Positions 25,905 through 39,473 of a stretch of DNA of 64,000 bases are shown here, piece by piece (within the stretch, counting starts at the first letter, position 1; each line of letters starts with the position of its first letter). The DNA is from Octopus vulgaris (taxonomy: Eukaryota): NCBI GenBank assembly GCA_951406725.2, contig OX597828.1, forward strand, positions 39,370,001 to 39,434,000. The letters run 5' to 3'. The notes beneath the pieces were generated by a model that was given only the letters and a program-made list of their open reading frames with translations, searched no databases and was not told the DNA's origin. The position numbers and the translations under genes are program-made.

Positions 25905-27470
25905 TTCTCAGGCACTGGCAAGATTGATGCGGTTGACATCCAACCAGAAAATCCATCTACAAGCTGCTGGAAAAGTGTGAACAGGAAGAAACCAGTTTGG
26001 TCGAAATGCTTGCAAATGACTCGAGTTCTGCTAAAGAAAGGATTAGATAGTAAACCTGGGAGCATTATTGGTTTGGTCAAGAGGAAAATGTTATGTCCAT
26101 AGCATTCACAGGCTCTCAGAGTCTGAAGATAATGATGAGTTAATGCTCCTCTTGCAAGTATAGCTGCAGGTAAAGTGTGGGCTTGGAAGTGATTCCAATA
26201 AAAGGTCTATCATGCAAAAGAAGTGTAGATTAGAGGTTTGGTCTGAAAACTATGAAAATTGGTTCAATAAGAGTTATGTATCTTACAAGTGCATATTCGT
26301 GTATGGTGATGGAGGGAGGCAACATTCAGTAAAACATGGATTTCAAAGAGTAAAATATGAACTTAGGATCTTGAGCTCAGCAAGTAGTCCGAAACATTGG
26401 GTTTCATTGATTGTTTTCATTTTCTATTTGAAACAAGATTTTGCAAGAAGCATTAAACTTAATCACAAGGTGACTTGAAAAGTTTTCAAGTTCCAATCAG
26501 CCATAAGTTGTACAGAAAAAAAAAAAAGACATTCAAAATATTTGCTTGCATGAGATGAGGAGGGTGAAATATCCCATGAGGGGTTTTGTTTTTGAAGATG
26601 ATAACCTGTACCTTCAGTTGTGGCAAAGCAAGACTTAGTATACTATTTTACTTGTTTCAGTCATTTGACTGTGGCCATGCTGGAGCACCACCTTTAGTTG
26701 AGCAAATCGGCCCCAGGACATATTCTTTGTAAGCCCAGTACTTATTCTATTGGTCTCTTTTGCCAAACCGCTAAGTTACAGGGACATAAACACACCAGCA
26801 TCGGTTGTCAAGCGATGTTGGGAGGGACAAACACACACACACACAAACATACATATATATATATACGATGGGCTTCTTTCAGTTTCCGTCTACCAAATCT
26901 ACTCACAAGGCTTTGGTCAGCCCGAGGCTATAGTGGAAGACACTTGCCCAAGGTGCCACGCAGTGGGACTGAACCCGGAACCATGTGGTTTGTAAGCAAG
27001 CTACTTACCACACAGCCACTCCTATGCCTATGCTCAAAATTAGACAAAGAAATCATCATTTTGTGCATTAGTGAGAAAAGGTGGATTTGAGGTGTGTATA
27101 ATTGTTGAGAAGTACTTGCATAGAATCCTCTACTCAAGAAGGGTCAGTCACTAATGGTTCTTGTATAGGTCGCCTGCTTCAGAGAGGCCTTATACAGCAG
27201 TAGAGATGTGCTGGAGTTTATCAAAGATTTCATAGTATTAAATAGTTGAGCATCATCCCACATTCAGGTTTCCATAGAATTTGAACTTAATACAGCAGCT
27301 AAGAAAATACTCATCAGTTATCCACTGATGGTACACTTTTGAGCATATGTCTGCACAGTCAGGGCAGTTACTCAGCAACTGAAATTGTTGCTTATGACCA
27401 ATGAGGCAGCCTTGGTACTAATAACAGGAAATCCTCCACCTAGTATCAAATTCGAAACCATCTCCTGATG
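25905..27470 (-). mobile_element. Highly degenerate CR1/Jockey-type LINE remnants, interrupted by a SINE A
   Basis: Scattered C-terminal motifs LLY*VQI..ME..WDDA, FFSRT and VNRINL in broken frames. Confidence 0.45.
26645..27030 (-). mobile_element. SINE family A, full length
   Basis: Complete head, core and tail. Confidence 0.85.
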
Positions 27471-27522
27471 AAGTCTTCTAAATCACATGCAAAGAAAAAA
27501 CAAAAACAAAACAAAAAACAGT

Positions 27523-27918
27523 TTACTCTCTTTACTCTTTTGTTTCAGTCATTTGACTGCGGCCATGCTGGAGCACCGCCTTTAGTCAAGCAAATCGACC
27601 CCGGGACTTATTCTTTGTAAGCCCAGTACTTATTCTATCGGTCTCTTTTTTGCCGAACCGCTAAGTGACAGGGACGTAAACACACCAGCATCGGTTATCG
27701 AGCAATGCTAGGGGGACAAACACAGACACACATATATATATATATACATATATACGACAGGCTTCTTTCAGTTTCCATCTACCAAATCCACTCACAAGGC
27801 ATTGGTCGGCCCGGGGCTATAGCAGAAGACACTTGCCCAAGATGCCACACAGTGGGACTGAACCCGGAACCATGTGGTTGGTTAGCAAGCTACTTACCAC
27901 ACAGCCACTCCTGCGCCT
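27523..27918 (-). mobile_element. SINE family A, full length
   Basis: Complete head, core and tail. Confidence 0.85.
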
Positions 27919-30900
27919 TAAAGATCAAAAGTTACATTCTGGTGAATTTGTAAAATTAGATTCATTACATTACTCAGCACAGATGCAACTATGCAAGTTT
28001 CCATGTTTTTATGCACTTGATGTTTTCGCCCTCCCTTACCATTAAAAAAGACTCCCCACCTCTGCTTTCCACAGTCAGTTTAGCCTGTTAGAAATAATAG
28101 CCAAAATCTTCCTCCAATCACACCTTACTGTCTTGAAAAGACAATGTATTTCTGGATGCAGAATGTCTAAAAAAAACAAGATAGTTATGGCTGGAATGCC
28201 TTTGAATACCAAGACCTATACATCAGAGCTGTCTTGGTGCTAAACAGTAACACCAATGGTTCTCCTCTACACCAAACAACATGGGCTGAACCATTGAAAG
28301 TAAAAAGTCTCTGCTGGAAATAGAAACTCTGTTTTTGACAGTCCATACTTATACAAGTGAGGCACCAGTGTTATGAACTGTCAAAACTGATATACTAATA
28401 ACACAGCAAGCTGATAGCCTAATAACAGGGTCATTTGATGAAGAGGAGGAGGATCCACTCATAGTCACATGTGTATGTAGAAAGACTAAGCTTCTCTCAG
28501 ATGTCTTTCACTCTCAGCAGAAACACTAAACTCTCATCGGTAACTACAGGTTGTTGGAAAATTTTTCTAAGTGGTAGTCAAGTTACCTATTGTTTAAAAA
28601 CTCTGAATGAACAGACTTATGATTAAAGGCATTCATACCAAGCCATTCCTTAAGTTTACACCTGGGGTTACATTATCTGCTGCATTTTTCTCCCTTTTAA
28701 GAAGAGAGTGTGATTTGAGGGTTATTTCACTGTTGTTTCTAGCATCTTATGTAGCTAGGTAGAGGCTCACTTCGTCATTAGCTCATTAGATGAAAATGAG
28801 CCTGACCACAAAATAGATGACATTTACATTCGGAGAATGAAAATGATTGAAGACTAAAACAAATACCATAGCCAAGTCAGAAAAAGTGATGGGTGATGAG
28901 ATAGAGGATAGCTAGGATATCTGCAGTTCCTGCTTGTTGGTTCAATGACTAAATACATTTATAGTGTATGTAACCTGTACCCTACCACCTTCCATCCAAG
29001 ATTGGCATCAGACTATTGATTAGCTTACACTGACCGATAATTTGATCTGAAGAAAGAACCAATTAGCTTAGTTTCTGAAAGTAGTGTTCTAAATTAGTAA
29101 ATAGAAAGATTTGGAAGTTGCTTTTGAAATTTAGAATCAATAGAAGCTTCTTAATAGTTAAAAGAATGTTTCATATTTGGAGGCTATAATTTGATTGGTA
29201 TCCTTGACCATAAACTTCGTTTACTGGCATAAGGTAAAAATTGAAAAAAAAAACAATATTATGATGGGTATATTAGAGAACTGGAAGGGGTCTTTTTGGG
29301 TAGAGGAGGGAGAACAGATAGCGTTAATATTTTGAATAGAAACTTAAATCAAAACACTAAGTTTTTTTTAGTTAAGTAATAATAACAACAGACTTCAATA
29401 AGAATTAGGAATAAGGTTTCATTATTTTTGAATTCACACATTTACTTTAGTATCCTTTTAGAGGGATCTTCAGTGAGATGAACAAAAGCTATCAGCAATC
29501 GTGTATGAAGCATAATACTACAGAATTTTAATATATGTAACATAGGGAGTTATTCCCAGTACAACAGAATATAAATTCTAAAATATCAATTTTTCAGGTG
29601 AAGTTTCTCGAATCTTCAGAATTATAAGGTACTCCGAACCCATAGTTTTAGCCCCTCGTATATACATAATTAACCCCATTAATAATTTTAAGGCTCTGAG
29701 ATCGATATGCAATAGGCTACCAAATCTGTTCCAACTCATACAGAAAGGTTTTAATCACTTCCCGTTACACATTAGCTGCTGACTCATGAATCAATCTACA
29801 AACAAATCAACGGTCGTTACTGCATCTTCAGTCATCAATAATGAGACATTTGTTGTGGTGATACATAATGAATAAGCTCAAAATATATACTAAGTGGCTC
29901 CAATTACAATGTTTGGTATTTCGTTTATAGAGACATACAAAAGAAGTGGGGGTGGGAAAGAGCTAAAAACGAACTAAAAGAAAACAAAACGTGTGAGACC
30001 ATCGTTGCTAGGAACACCTTGACGTGTTCTGATAAAAATGAAAAATCTGTGAAACACTATTACTTATCAATTAATCATATGAATTCGACTTAAGCAAACA
30101 CTGTCTCTTCTTATTGCCCCCAGATTATATTCAAACAAAATAAAAGAACTGAAAGAGAAAAGCAACCTTACACGAGTAAATAGATTTTTTTTTTCCTTTA
30201 AGGAATGGGTCTCCTCCGCATTTTGGATATTTCTCAAAAAAGAAAAAACCGTTCCCCAAACTGAAGACTTAACTAGAGAGGTATGAATTACTTTGATAAG
30301 TAATTGGTGAAGGAAGGACTGAGGATTTAAATAGTCAGCCCACCTTCAGTAATTAAGAGCCAGTCAAAGAAATCGATCGTGTCTGAAACGGCGGTTCATG
30401 TTAAGAGCGACACGAATCCTTCGACAATGATAAAGGGGGAACAAAATTGTCTCGGGTGTGAAAAGTACAATAAAACTAAGGCAAGAGTCTCGAAGACAGA
30501 TTTATTTATTTAATTGTTAATTGGTTATTTCAATTTTTATTTCATGTTTAGCGATACCTTGTTCTACGTGTAGCTAGTCACTAGTGAAGTAGCTAACAAA
30601 CAACACACTCGCACAATAATCCGATTTGCTGGATGATGGATAAGTCATCGGCGATTTCTAAAACACTCCCTTCTAATATTTTAAATCGAAGAAGAAAAAA
30701 AAAGCAAATAATTATAAACTGCTTGTAAGTTTAAATAAAAACTAATTAAATTCAATAAAAATCTGCTATAATACCTACGATATTCGATTAGATAAAGAAA
30801 CATGTAACAATAGCGCTTGCATCTGACCATTTACTACATTCACATGTCACTTACACGAAATAACCGCATCTTCTTTTTTTTTTTCATTCATTCAACATAC

Positions 30901-31271
30901 TTGTTTCTGTACTTTCTTTTTCATCTTTCCCCCACCAATTTTTAGTTTCCAATTTGCAAGACCGCTAAGACAAAATTAACAACAATGAATGAATGGAGTA
31001 TTATGAATTTTTGTTGAGGTCCTTGGGTTATCCCCTTTTTTTTTCAAGCGGAAAAAGAAGAAGCAAAAGAAGAAGAAAAAGAAAGTTATAGGAATGGAAA
31101 GAGAGAAAGCAGAAGGCTGTAAAAATGTGTCAGCAGCAGACAATAACAACAGACGGATAAAAGAGAGAAATATAGTAAATACATAGAGAAATATATACAA
31201 ATATGTTTATATATGTGTGTATATATATTGTACTATGAAAGAAAACAATAATAAAATGTATGAAAACTCAC

Positions 31272-31412
31272 CCCGAATTCATTATTATGCTTCTTTTTTG
31301 TTATTTTCTCTCAAAGTATAGTGTTTATAGGGGTTCGATAAAAAAATAGAGATGGAAAGAGAGAGAGGAACCGGCAGGAATGTAAAAAATATTAGAGCGG
31401 CGGACGAAGTGA
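31272..31412 (-). other. Probable first exon of an unidentified divergently transcribed gene; may encode M-N-S-G (ATG at 31282) or be 5' UTR
   Basis: Minus strand reads ATAATAATG AAT TCG GG|GTGAGTTTT (strong donor), with an Inr-like TCACTT at 31412-31407, inside the CpG-rich zone. The 5' boundary is a guess. Confidence 0.5.
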
Positions 31413-31846
31413 CATTTTGAGTTTGTATCTGCCACCTTTCAGTTTGGCTGACAGAACAAGTGGCGAGCGTGTGTGAAGATATCAACGGGAGACGACCAAA
31501 CATCTCGTTCGTAATCTCGTTCTAGTCTCGTCTTTGTTCTGCCATGATTCTTCTTCCTCGTCTCGCACGACATCAACAGCAGCAGCAGCATAAACAACAT
31601 CAACATCGTTAATAACAACAACAACAGCAGCAGCAGCAGCAGCAGCTGTAGTGACAGCAGCAGTAACCATTGAACTGCAATTTTTTCCCCTCCATCCACT
31701 ATTTTTCTTTTTTTGTCCCCCCTTTTCATACGTACCACACTCCCCCCTCATTCTCTCGCCTATCAGTTTTTGTGAGCCTTTTTTTTCCCACTGTCCGACT
31801 ATCGATTGATCCGTGAGATTTTCACACAAAAGAGAAACTGCTTGCA
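31380..31846. promoter_or_regulatory. Putative bidirectional promoter and ARNT 5' leader with CAG/CAA repeats
   Basis: Lies between two outward-facing exons, is CpG-rich and TE-free, and has Inr-like TCAGTT (+, 31439-31444) and TCACTT (-, 31412-31407). Confidence 0.5.
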
Positions 31847-31889
31847 ATGGCTGCAGCGGCTACAGTATCACCAGGTCCGTCGGGTTCCG
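31847..31889 (+). CDS. ARNT: Coding exon 1 of a probable ARNT (HIF-1beta/tango) bHLH-PAS gene; MAAAATVSPGPSGS+G, phase-1 donor
   Basis: GCAATGG start context, 43-nt ORF ending at CCG|GTAAGT. Splices in frame to 49286-49349. The symbol rests on recalled resemblance to mollusc ARNT N-termini and on the phase-1 then phase-2 intron pattern; the bHLH is not in the window. Confidence 0.65.
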
Positions 31890-33353
31890 GTAAGTGGCAT
31901 TTTACTTTTACAACACGGAAAAAAGATGTGTGTAGTAGTGTTTGCTGCTATTGTCACACAGACAGACTCACTCATGTCGTTTTTCCTTCTACTTCTCTTA
32001 TTATTTAGCCCACATTTATTCTATTCTATCCTATGGACCTTTCCATTTCGATTATCAATCAACCCCTTCTACTTTCCGAGCAGGTTATCAATCACATCAA
32101 TAAGTATTTAACCCTGATCACTATTATTAATAATGCTACGACTAACAGAATTTAAAAAAAAAAATTATTGTTTATTATTTCCACTCGTCTCTTCTCTAAT
32201 TAAACTTTTCTCGGAAGAATAATATGACACGTTTACTGGTTTCGTTCAAATTATTTCCTCATTTCCTTGAACGTGTAGTTGTAATTATTGTAGCATTCGG
32301 TCGTAGCCTTTGGATCAGTTATGGACCTTTTAATAAATAAATAAACAAATCCTTGATTCCTTCTTATCCAGATCGTAATGCTGAGAATGTAAACATGTTA
32401 TATATATATATATATATGTATTTATAATGTATGTACACATATATGAGAGAGCAGTTGATTTATTTTATCAAGTGAGAAGGATCTGGTATAATGTTTGACA
32501 TAACTAATTACTACATGCTAAGCTTTAGAAGTGTTGTTGTTTAACCCCTAAATCATTTCTGATTGAGCAGATCTACGATCAAAGGTATTTCAGCTGTGAC
32601 TACCTCGTTTTTACGTATATCTAGAACTACATTGTCCAATATGTTCGCTTTTTTTTAAGACGGTAGGGTACAGCTCAAAGAAATTCAGCTGCTATTTCTA
32701 CCTTATAAAACGATCATGTAGAGGTTCCCTCACTAGTATCAGAGAAGGAAGAAGGACTATAAATAAAAGGCGTAACGAACAAATGGTTTTGTTTACGTAT
32801 TTCTATTTCATTTCACATCTAAAGGACTTCAGTATACCATGTCCTAATAAACACTCCGCCTCTGATCTCTAACTAACCATCTGATACATATTTATTTACA
32901 CATCCGCCTTAAAACCATTTGCCTGGTCTAGAGTTCACTGACTGCGCTCTAGTTTCTATTTCTACCTTGTTTACTCATTTGGTTTATGACATTTAGGAAC
33001 CACCAAAGGGTGTTTAGAATCAGAGAATGTCTCTCCAAAATATTTATTAAACGAAATTCAATATATATACATATATATATATGTGATCTATTAGGTATCA
33101 TCTGACATACACACACACACTCAAAAACTGAACAGTGGTTGTTCGTTTATGTGGGGAAATGTTAGCTAATTCGTTCATCTCTCTATCTCTTTGCCATTTG
33201 TCTTGTGGTCTTGTCTTGTGGTCAGATCTGCTCCGGCTACCAACGAGCATTTCCATTGATCTATCTGAACATAGCTCAACATGCGACACATAGATACTCG
33301 CAGATGCTCGCGTTATATATACACATATATATATGTGTGTATGTGTATGTATG

Positions 33354-33394
<41 letters not shown>

Positions 33395-35896
33395 GTACAC
33401 ATGCTCATTTACTATATATATATATATATGGATATAGATGTGTATAAGGTCTCTATAGATAGATATCGATGTAACAGTGGGGTAATAAAGTGCTTCACAT
33501 ACTACAATCAAATTTCCCTTACTAAATTGTTCAAATGTAATCAACTGCTTCAAATCAAAGACGTTTTCTCCATTAGTGCTCTCTAAATCTTCATTCCAAA
33601 TTTTCTTTTCTTTTCCCTTTCCCCACTCTTTCTTAATATTTACCGCTAAACGGAGCTCCATGTCGGATCAATTTGTTCTGTTGGAAATGTCACGCCTTCC
33701 AGTTTGAACTCCTCTCGTTCCTTTTATTTATTTAATTATTTAATTAACTCGGTCTTCGTTTCTCTATCTAGATCTCCCCCAACTCCCTTACCTTCCGTTT
33801 CTGTCCTTTATTTGTAGTAGCAATGACGATGATGGTTTTTCCAATGAAAACTGCATCTCTTTCTCTCTCCCCCCCTCTCTCTCTCTCTCTCTGTGAGTGT
33901 GAGAGCGCATGTTGTGTATGCGTGCGTGTGAGCGCGTGTTGTGTTTGTGCGTGTGCCGTGTTATTTATCCGAATCATTTGTGATTGTTGAAACTAGATTG
34001 TCTTTCATTTCTTTAATTAACACCACTCTACATCAAGTATAAAATTAATTGAAATTTTCAACATATTTAAATGACGATTGCCATCATCATCATCGTTACT
34101 ATCATATAATAGCTGTTCTGATTGTTAATGTTTTCGTTGTTTGTTCTTTATTCAGATATATTTTATTCTCTTTTTAAATGTGTGCGTGCGTGTGTGATAA
34201 AATCGTGTATCTGCCCAAATAAAAACAAAGTTCTTTTATTCTGCCAAGTCTAATGATTCTGACGTGTGTGGTGTTGTTGGCGGCGACATCAGTTGTTCAT
34301 ACGGAAGATAGTAGTAATAATTGCTTGTTGTGATGACGGCGCTAACATTGATGGTGGTTACGATAGGTAGATAGTATTGTTGGTAGTTATATGGTTACAT
34401 TAGTAGTATTGTTGGTAGTAGTTATCATGGGTATAATATTGTTTGTTACTAGTTATGATGATGGTATTGTTCTTGGGGGTGGTTTTTATGGTAGTATTTG
34501 TAGTGGTTATAAGCTGGTAAGAATACTTTTGGTGGTTTACGACTTTCTTCGGATTCTGTTTTTTTTCTTCTTCTTTGATATATAATAATAGTATTGTTGT
34601 TGCTGGTGGTGGTGATGGTGGTTGTAGCAGTAGTTCTTGTATTGTTGATGTTGATTATCAAAATAATATCGTCGCTGTTGTTTAGCACCAACGTCAACTT
34701 TGATCGCTCAAAGACTTTCCAAACACATCCATCCTCTCTCTTTAAAGCCATTTGAAATTACATTAACCATCTTCTTCCCTCTGTGTTTTTTTTTGTTGTT
34801 TTTTTAAGCTAGATGGGTTATGATATGAGGGAGATTTGACTGCTCTTTCCAGCAATGCTTCTTCGTTATTGATGGTGGTTTGATAGTAATGGTAACCATT
34901 ACTAGACGATGGTGATGATGATGGTGGTGGTTGTGATAGTTATGTTACTGATGGCGATGTTGATGGAGGGGGTTATTGGTAGTAAGTTTTGTTGGGGAGT
35001 GGTGATAATAGTGGTATTAACTGGTTGCAGTGATAGTAATTACAATATCAACATAGGAAATTTTTATTTGTATATGGTTTCTTTCATGTCAGAAAAGAAC
35101 AAAATTCTAATGTAATTATTGCTATTTTACAGCGTTATCAGAGAGAAAACTTGCTATGAATTAGAGTTTACTGAACTGGCAATCAAGACAAAATCTAAAA
35201 TATGTATAACCATTCCCTATGAAATTTAGGTTGAATTTAGGATCTGGCACAAAATGAGCAGAAATTGTCCCTACAATAAGCAAATGAATCACAGAAGATG
35301 GTTTTTTTCAATTACAAGGAGTATGTAATAACTTCAGAAGGTTTGGAACTGTAAGACTCAACTATCTTGCCTTGCGATTTCTTCATAAAATTTAGTATGG
35401 TCTTTTCTAGTACCTATAGCTATTTCCTAGAATTTGGAGATAGTGATTTTCAGCAAGGGTTTGTTGTAGTTTTTGTCTTTTTGTTTCAGTGACTATAACA
35501 AAATTCTACTGAAGATCAATGTGTCTAAATTCTTTGACATACTGATTTCATGAAACCATCACTGGAAATAACAAAAGACATAATATGTATGCATGCATTC
35601 CTGCATTAATTATACTCTAAAGGGTTGGCAACAGGAAGGGCATCTGCTGTAAAATACTGTATCAATAAATCTTTATTCAACTTACAGTTTGCCAGCTTCA
35701 AAAAGTTGATGCAACAACAAAACAAAGATGGGGACATACATATATCTGTGGCGGGTTTATTTCAGTTTCCATCTACTAAATCCACTTACAAGGCTTCGGT
35801 TGGCCCATGGCTATAGCAGAAGACACTTGCCCAAGGTGCCATGGAGTGGAACTGAACCCAAAACAACATGGTTGGAACCAAGTTTCTCAACCACAT

Positions 35897-35934
<38 letters not shown>

Positions 35935-36879
35935 GATTTCAGAACAAAAAGTTTATGTTTGAGAGGGGTAGCTAGTTATAGTTTGCTTAGTTGATTTGGC
36001 CTGAAGATTATGAGGTGCTGTTCAAGGTAACTTGATGTTTTATGCAACTGTCTACCATTTGCACCAAGCACCCTCATCACATGTTACACATTTTCGATCA
36101 CCCTACATCAAATATATTGATTTCTTACATTGGAACTAATCTTCAAGTTTGTGGGTGATGCTATAGTGATTAAACCACAATCTTGTTTTACACCGGTACT
36201 TATTTAGTATCTCTGGAAGGAGGAACAGTAAAGTGGCCAAAATTTGTCGCTCTCATTTCTACTACTTCATAATAAAAAATATATGGAAACTGAAAACCAG
36301 TTGGACAGACATGAAACTATGGTCCTTATTACTTACAAATATAAATACATGTTTTCAAAACTCCAGGGTAGTATTACTTCATCATCGCATGACATTTTAC
36401 TTGTGTATTTATGTACTGTTTGACAGGTTGGACAGTCTGACACAGTCCTTAATTCTCTCATGTGCACAAAGAGAAAACACTTTTTCATGTGAGCTTGTGC
36501 TTTCTATGTTCTTTCTCAAGTCATCCAAACAAGGTTCCTTTTTGTCATTAGAAAACCACCAGGTGACTCATAGAACATATCACTGTTACAGAAAGAGGAT
36601 TCTAAATTGCCCCCTTTTTACTTTTTTTTTGTCATAGACAGCCCCTGGAAAAGTAACTTGAGATTTTGCATTCACAAACAGAATATCAATGTGGGTTGAA
36701 CATATCTCAACTGTGTGTAAAATAGCCTCACAGAGACTTAGAGCATAATGAAAAACTGTAGGTATACTGGACAAGGAAGAGCCATTGTTTACAAAACAGA
36801 AACCCAAGGCCTGTTAACCAACTCATCACATTCTAAAAGAGAGCTCTTAGGATCATTATACTTAATGGAGCTGATACAG

Positions 36880-37185
36880 TTGTTGTTTGTTCCTTCTCGA
36901 GCCATGCCTGGCTCATAAGGGCTGGTTTCCCAGTTTCTTGGCGTATAGGTTCCCCACCTGGACGGGACGCCAGTCCATCGCAGGTGAGCTGCAAGATGCA
37001 GGAAGAAAGAGTGAGAGAAAGTTGTGGCGAAAGAGTCAGCAGAAGTTTCACCATTACCTTCTGCCGGAGCCACATGGAGCTTAGGTGTTTCGCTCATAAA
37101 CACACATCGTCTGGTCTGAGATTCGAACTCGCGATCCCTTGACCGTGAGTCCACTGCTCTAACCACTAGGCCATGTGCCTCCACA
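36880..37185 (-). mobile_element. tRNA-derived SINE, family D head with V-domain-like body and (AAC)n tail
   Basis: B box GAGTTCGAATCTC; body CCTGCGATGGACTGGCGTCCCGTCCAGG, related to ~63048-63270 (+). Confidence 0.75.
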
Positions 37186-37606
37186 CAGCTGATACAGTAA
37201 AATATCCCACCATCTACTACATACTTACAACACAGGAAACAATATTTCAGCAATAATACTCGACAAAATATTCAACCCACAGCTCATCAAAAGTGAGAAT
37301 AGTGCTACTACTTCAATATGAAAGATGCTAGTTTACAAATGTCAGTACATTCATGTTGTGCACAACCTTTCGATACTTGATGCCAAAACCCATATTTTAG
37401 AGAGGAACTTCGAACTTGCACATTAGAAAGTTATAAATAACATGTTTTTCAAGGTGCTCAAGTATTAATATAGATTTTCCAAAGTTTTAAATAACATTTT
37501 AAAAATTTCGGTGTGCACTGTTTTAAGAACTACTAAAGTTGGTATTCGTTCTGTCTTCATAATATATTTATTGAATGTACATTGGAGTTGTTGAAGGACA
37601 CTTGCT

Positions 37607-37765
37607 TGTTATGTTTCCGTTGGAAGATGTTTTCAAGGTTTCTATTCATGGAATCTTTATAAGTCTGGTATGAGATGTCTAATATTATCTACATGCAATC
37701 TAGATCACATGCCAGACTTCTATGAATAGAAACCTGAAAATCATATTCCATTGAATACATCACAT
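37607..37765. repeat. Imperfect ~160-bp inverted repeat (MITE-like)
   Basis: AGGTTTCTATTCATGGAA..AAGTCTGG pairs with CCAGACTTCTATGAATAGAAACCT. Confidence 0.6.
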
Positions 37766-38994
37766 TCGTATCAGCTACACATTTTTACTTGTGGCTTCTT
37801 GCTTCTCTTTTAGTACCTTATATTTCTGCTACAGTGTAGAACAAAGTGCAAAAATGATTGATGAAAGAGCTGGGGTGAGCTTTAATTTTTTGGGGGTTCT
37901 TTTTTAGTTCCCTTTTGTGGAATATAATTCTTCTCATGTCAAGGTGAGGATGGACATGTGTCTATGGGCTCTCTTGCTTGCAACACTTGTATGACCCTAG
38001 CCAAATACAGTTTTTTTTCCACTTGGAGTTTATTGCCCCAAGATTAGAAAACAGAACATTTTATCAGGTCTATTCCAATAACCTGGTCTTGTCTTTAGTA
38101 TATTTTCATGAAACCCAAACATCTGCTGTAGATTACAACAGTACAATTGCTGAGTAAATGAGTATAGTAAAAGGATTTCCTTGGAGATACCACCATATTG
38201 ATTGCTGCTATTGTTTTATAATAGACATTCCAATGATGACCACCCCCTCTATTTGGAGGTATCTAAGACTACATTACCCAATATGTCCTTTCTGTTTGTA
38301 AGACTGTAGGGCATGATTTGAGGAATATTTTGCTACTATTTCTAGCAGGTTGAGCAACCACATTAATGTTTCCTTGTTAGCCGGTCAGTACATTGATTTA
38401 TCTTACAGGTATTAACAACTGTGTTGTTGTTTACCTTTAATTTTCTCTGTAGAATAGACAAATAGGTCAATAGTGATGACTTGAGAGAAAAAATACATTA
38501 TTAATGATAGCTTGAAGAAAAGATAGAAAGGTTTCTTTAAAAAGAAAAGGCTGAGACTAATCTGTTGTGGTTCATATGTACTGAAGAAGTAATTTGAGAA
38601 GCCTGCATCAGTATACTTTACACAAGGGTCAGTTTTAGTGGTCTATAATATATATTTAGTCACATAACTTTGGGTACTAAATATTTTGGTACTTTGCTGA
38701 TTTTGTTCAGTGCTTCAATCTACAACAGCTTCAGCCCTTTTGATCTCGTTTCTGACCCTATGATGCAAAAACCTTCTCATTTTAAAGTGATTATATTTGA
38801 ATTTAAACCTTCCATTTAATCTCAGAACTGTTTGTTAAGTTTTCAGATTTCATCTGCAAATGAAAGAAATAGTTATCTTATTAAATTCTTCCAAATTGTA
38901 GATTATTTTAATTTTGTTCAACCCCCCCCCCCCCTACATCCCTGCTGGAGGAGAAGCTTTAACAGGTCCTCTAAAACCTGTGAGATTATAGCAA

Positions 38995-39473
38995 TCATCA
39001 TTGTTCGACCGTGGTCGAGACAATGGAATTTACCATGCTACGCCAGACTTCACAGTCCATCATGGCATTACGGAGGTCCTGTTGCTGGATGCCTGTATCC
39101 CTGGAGATTACATCAGGGTAGGAGAGTGTGCACCCTCTGGTATTGCGAGTAGATGGCTTCCAGAGGAGAAGAGTAGAAATTACTTCTTTTTCAGCTCTAC
39201 AACAATGTCCAGCAAACTGGACTCTCCTACCTTTCACAAGAGATGACACAGGTGGTAGTTTCCCATATATTTGCATTTTGGTTGGATGGCGCTTCCACGA
39301 GAGATTTTGAGCTCTCATAAGGAGGCGAGTGTAGGTTCCACCCAACCGCCTCTCAAGCTTCTTTGATAACGTCCAGGTTTCTGAGCCATATAGTAGAATT
39401 GGTTCGACTGTGGCTTTGAATATTTCAAGTTTGAAGTCTCTACTTAGATTTGATGACCAGATCTTATGCATGA
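38995..39473 (-). mobile_element. 5'-truncated, relatively young RTE-group LINE with an open 157-aa C-terminal ORF
   Basis: KLEIFKATVEPILLYGSETWTL...RRVQFAGHC...WRSMV, followed by a TGATGA tail. Confidence 0.9.

Noticed and set aside
26698-28045. Recurrent ORFs such as YDGLLSVSVYQIHSQG and HLPKVPRSGTEPGT
   Set aside because: Antisense translations of SINE family A.
31439-31847. Minus-strand poly-L and poly-A ORFs
   Set aside because: Antisense reading of the CAG/CAA repeats in the 5' leader.
34391-35115. Hydrophobic V/M-rich ORFs
   Set aside because: Degenerate (GGT/GAT/GTT)n low-complexity tract without splice support.
35508-35560. CTGAAGA, hairpin, then GAAAC (hammerhead-like)
   Set aside because: GAAGA is sequestered in the hairpin, six extra bases precede GAAA, and there is no stem I.
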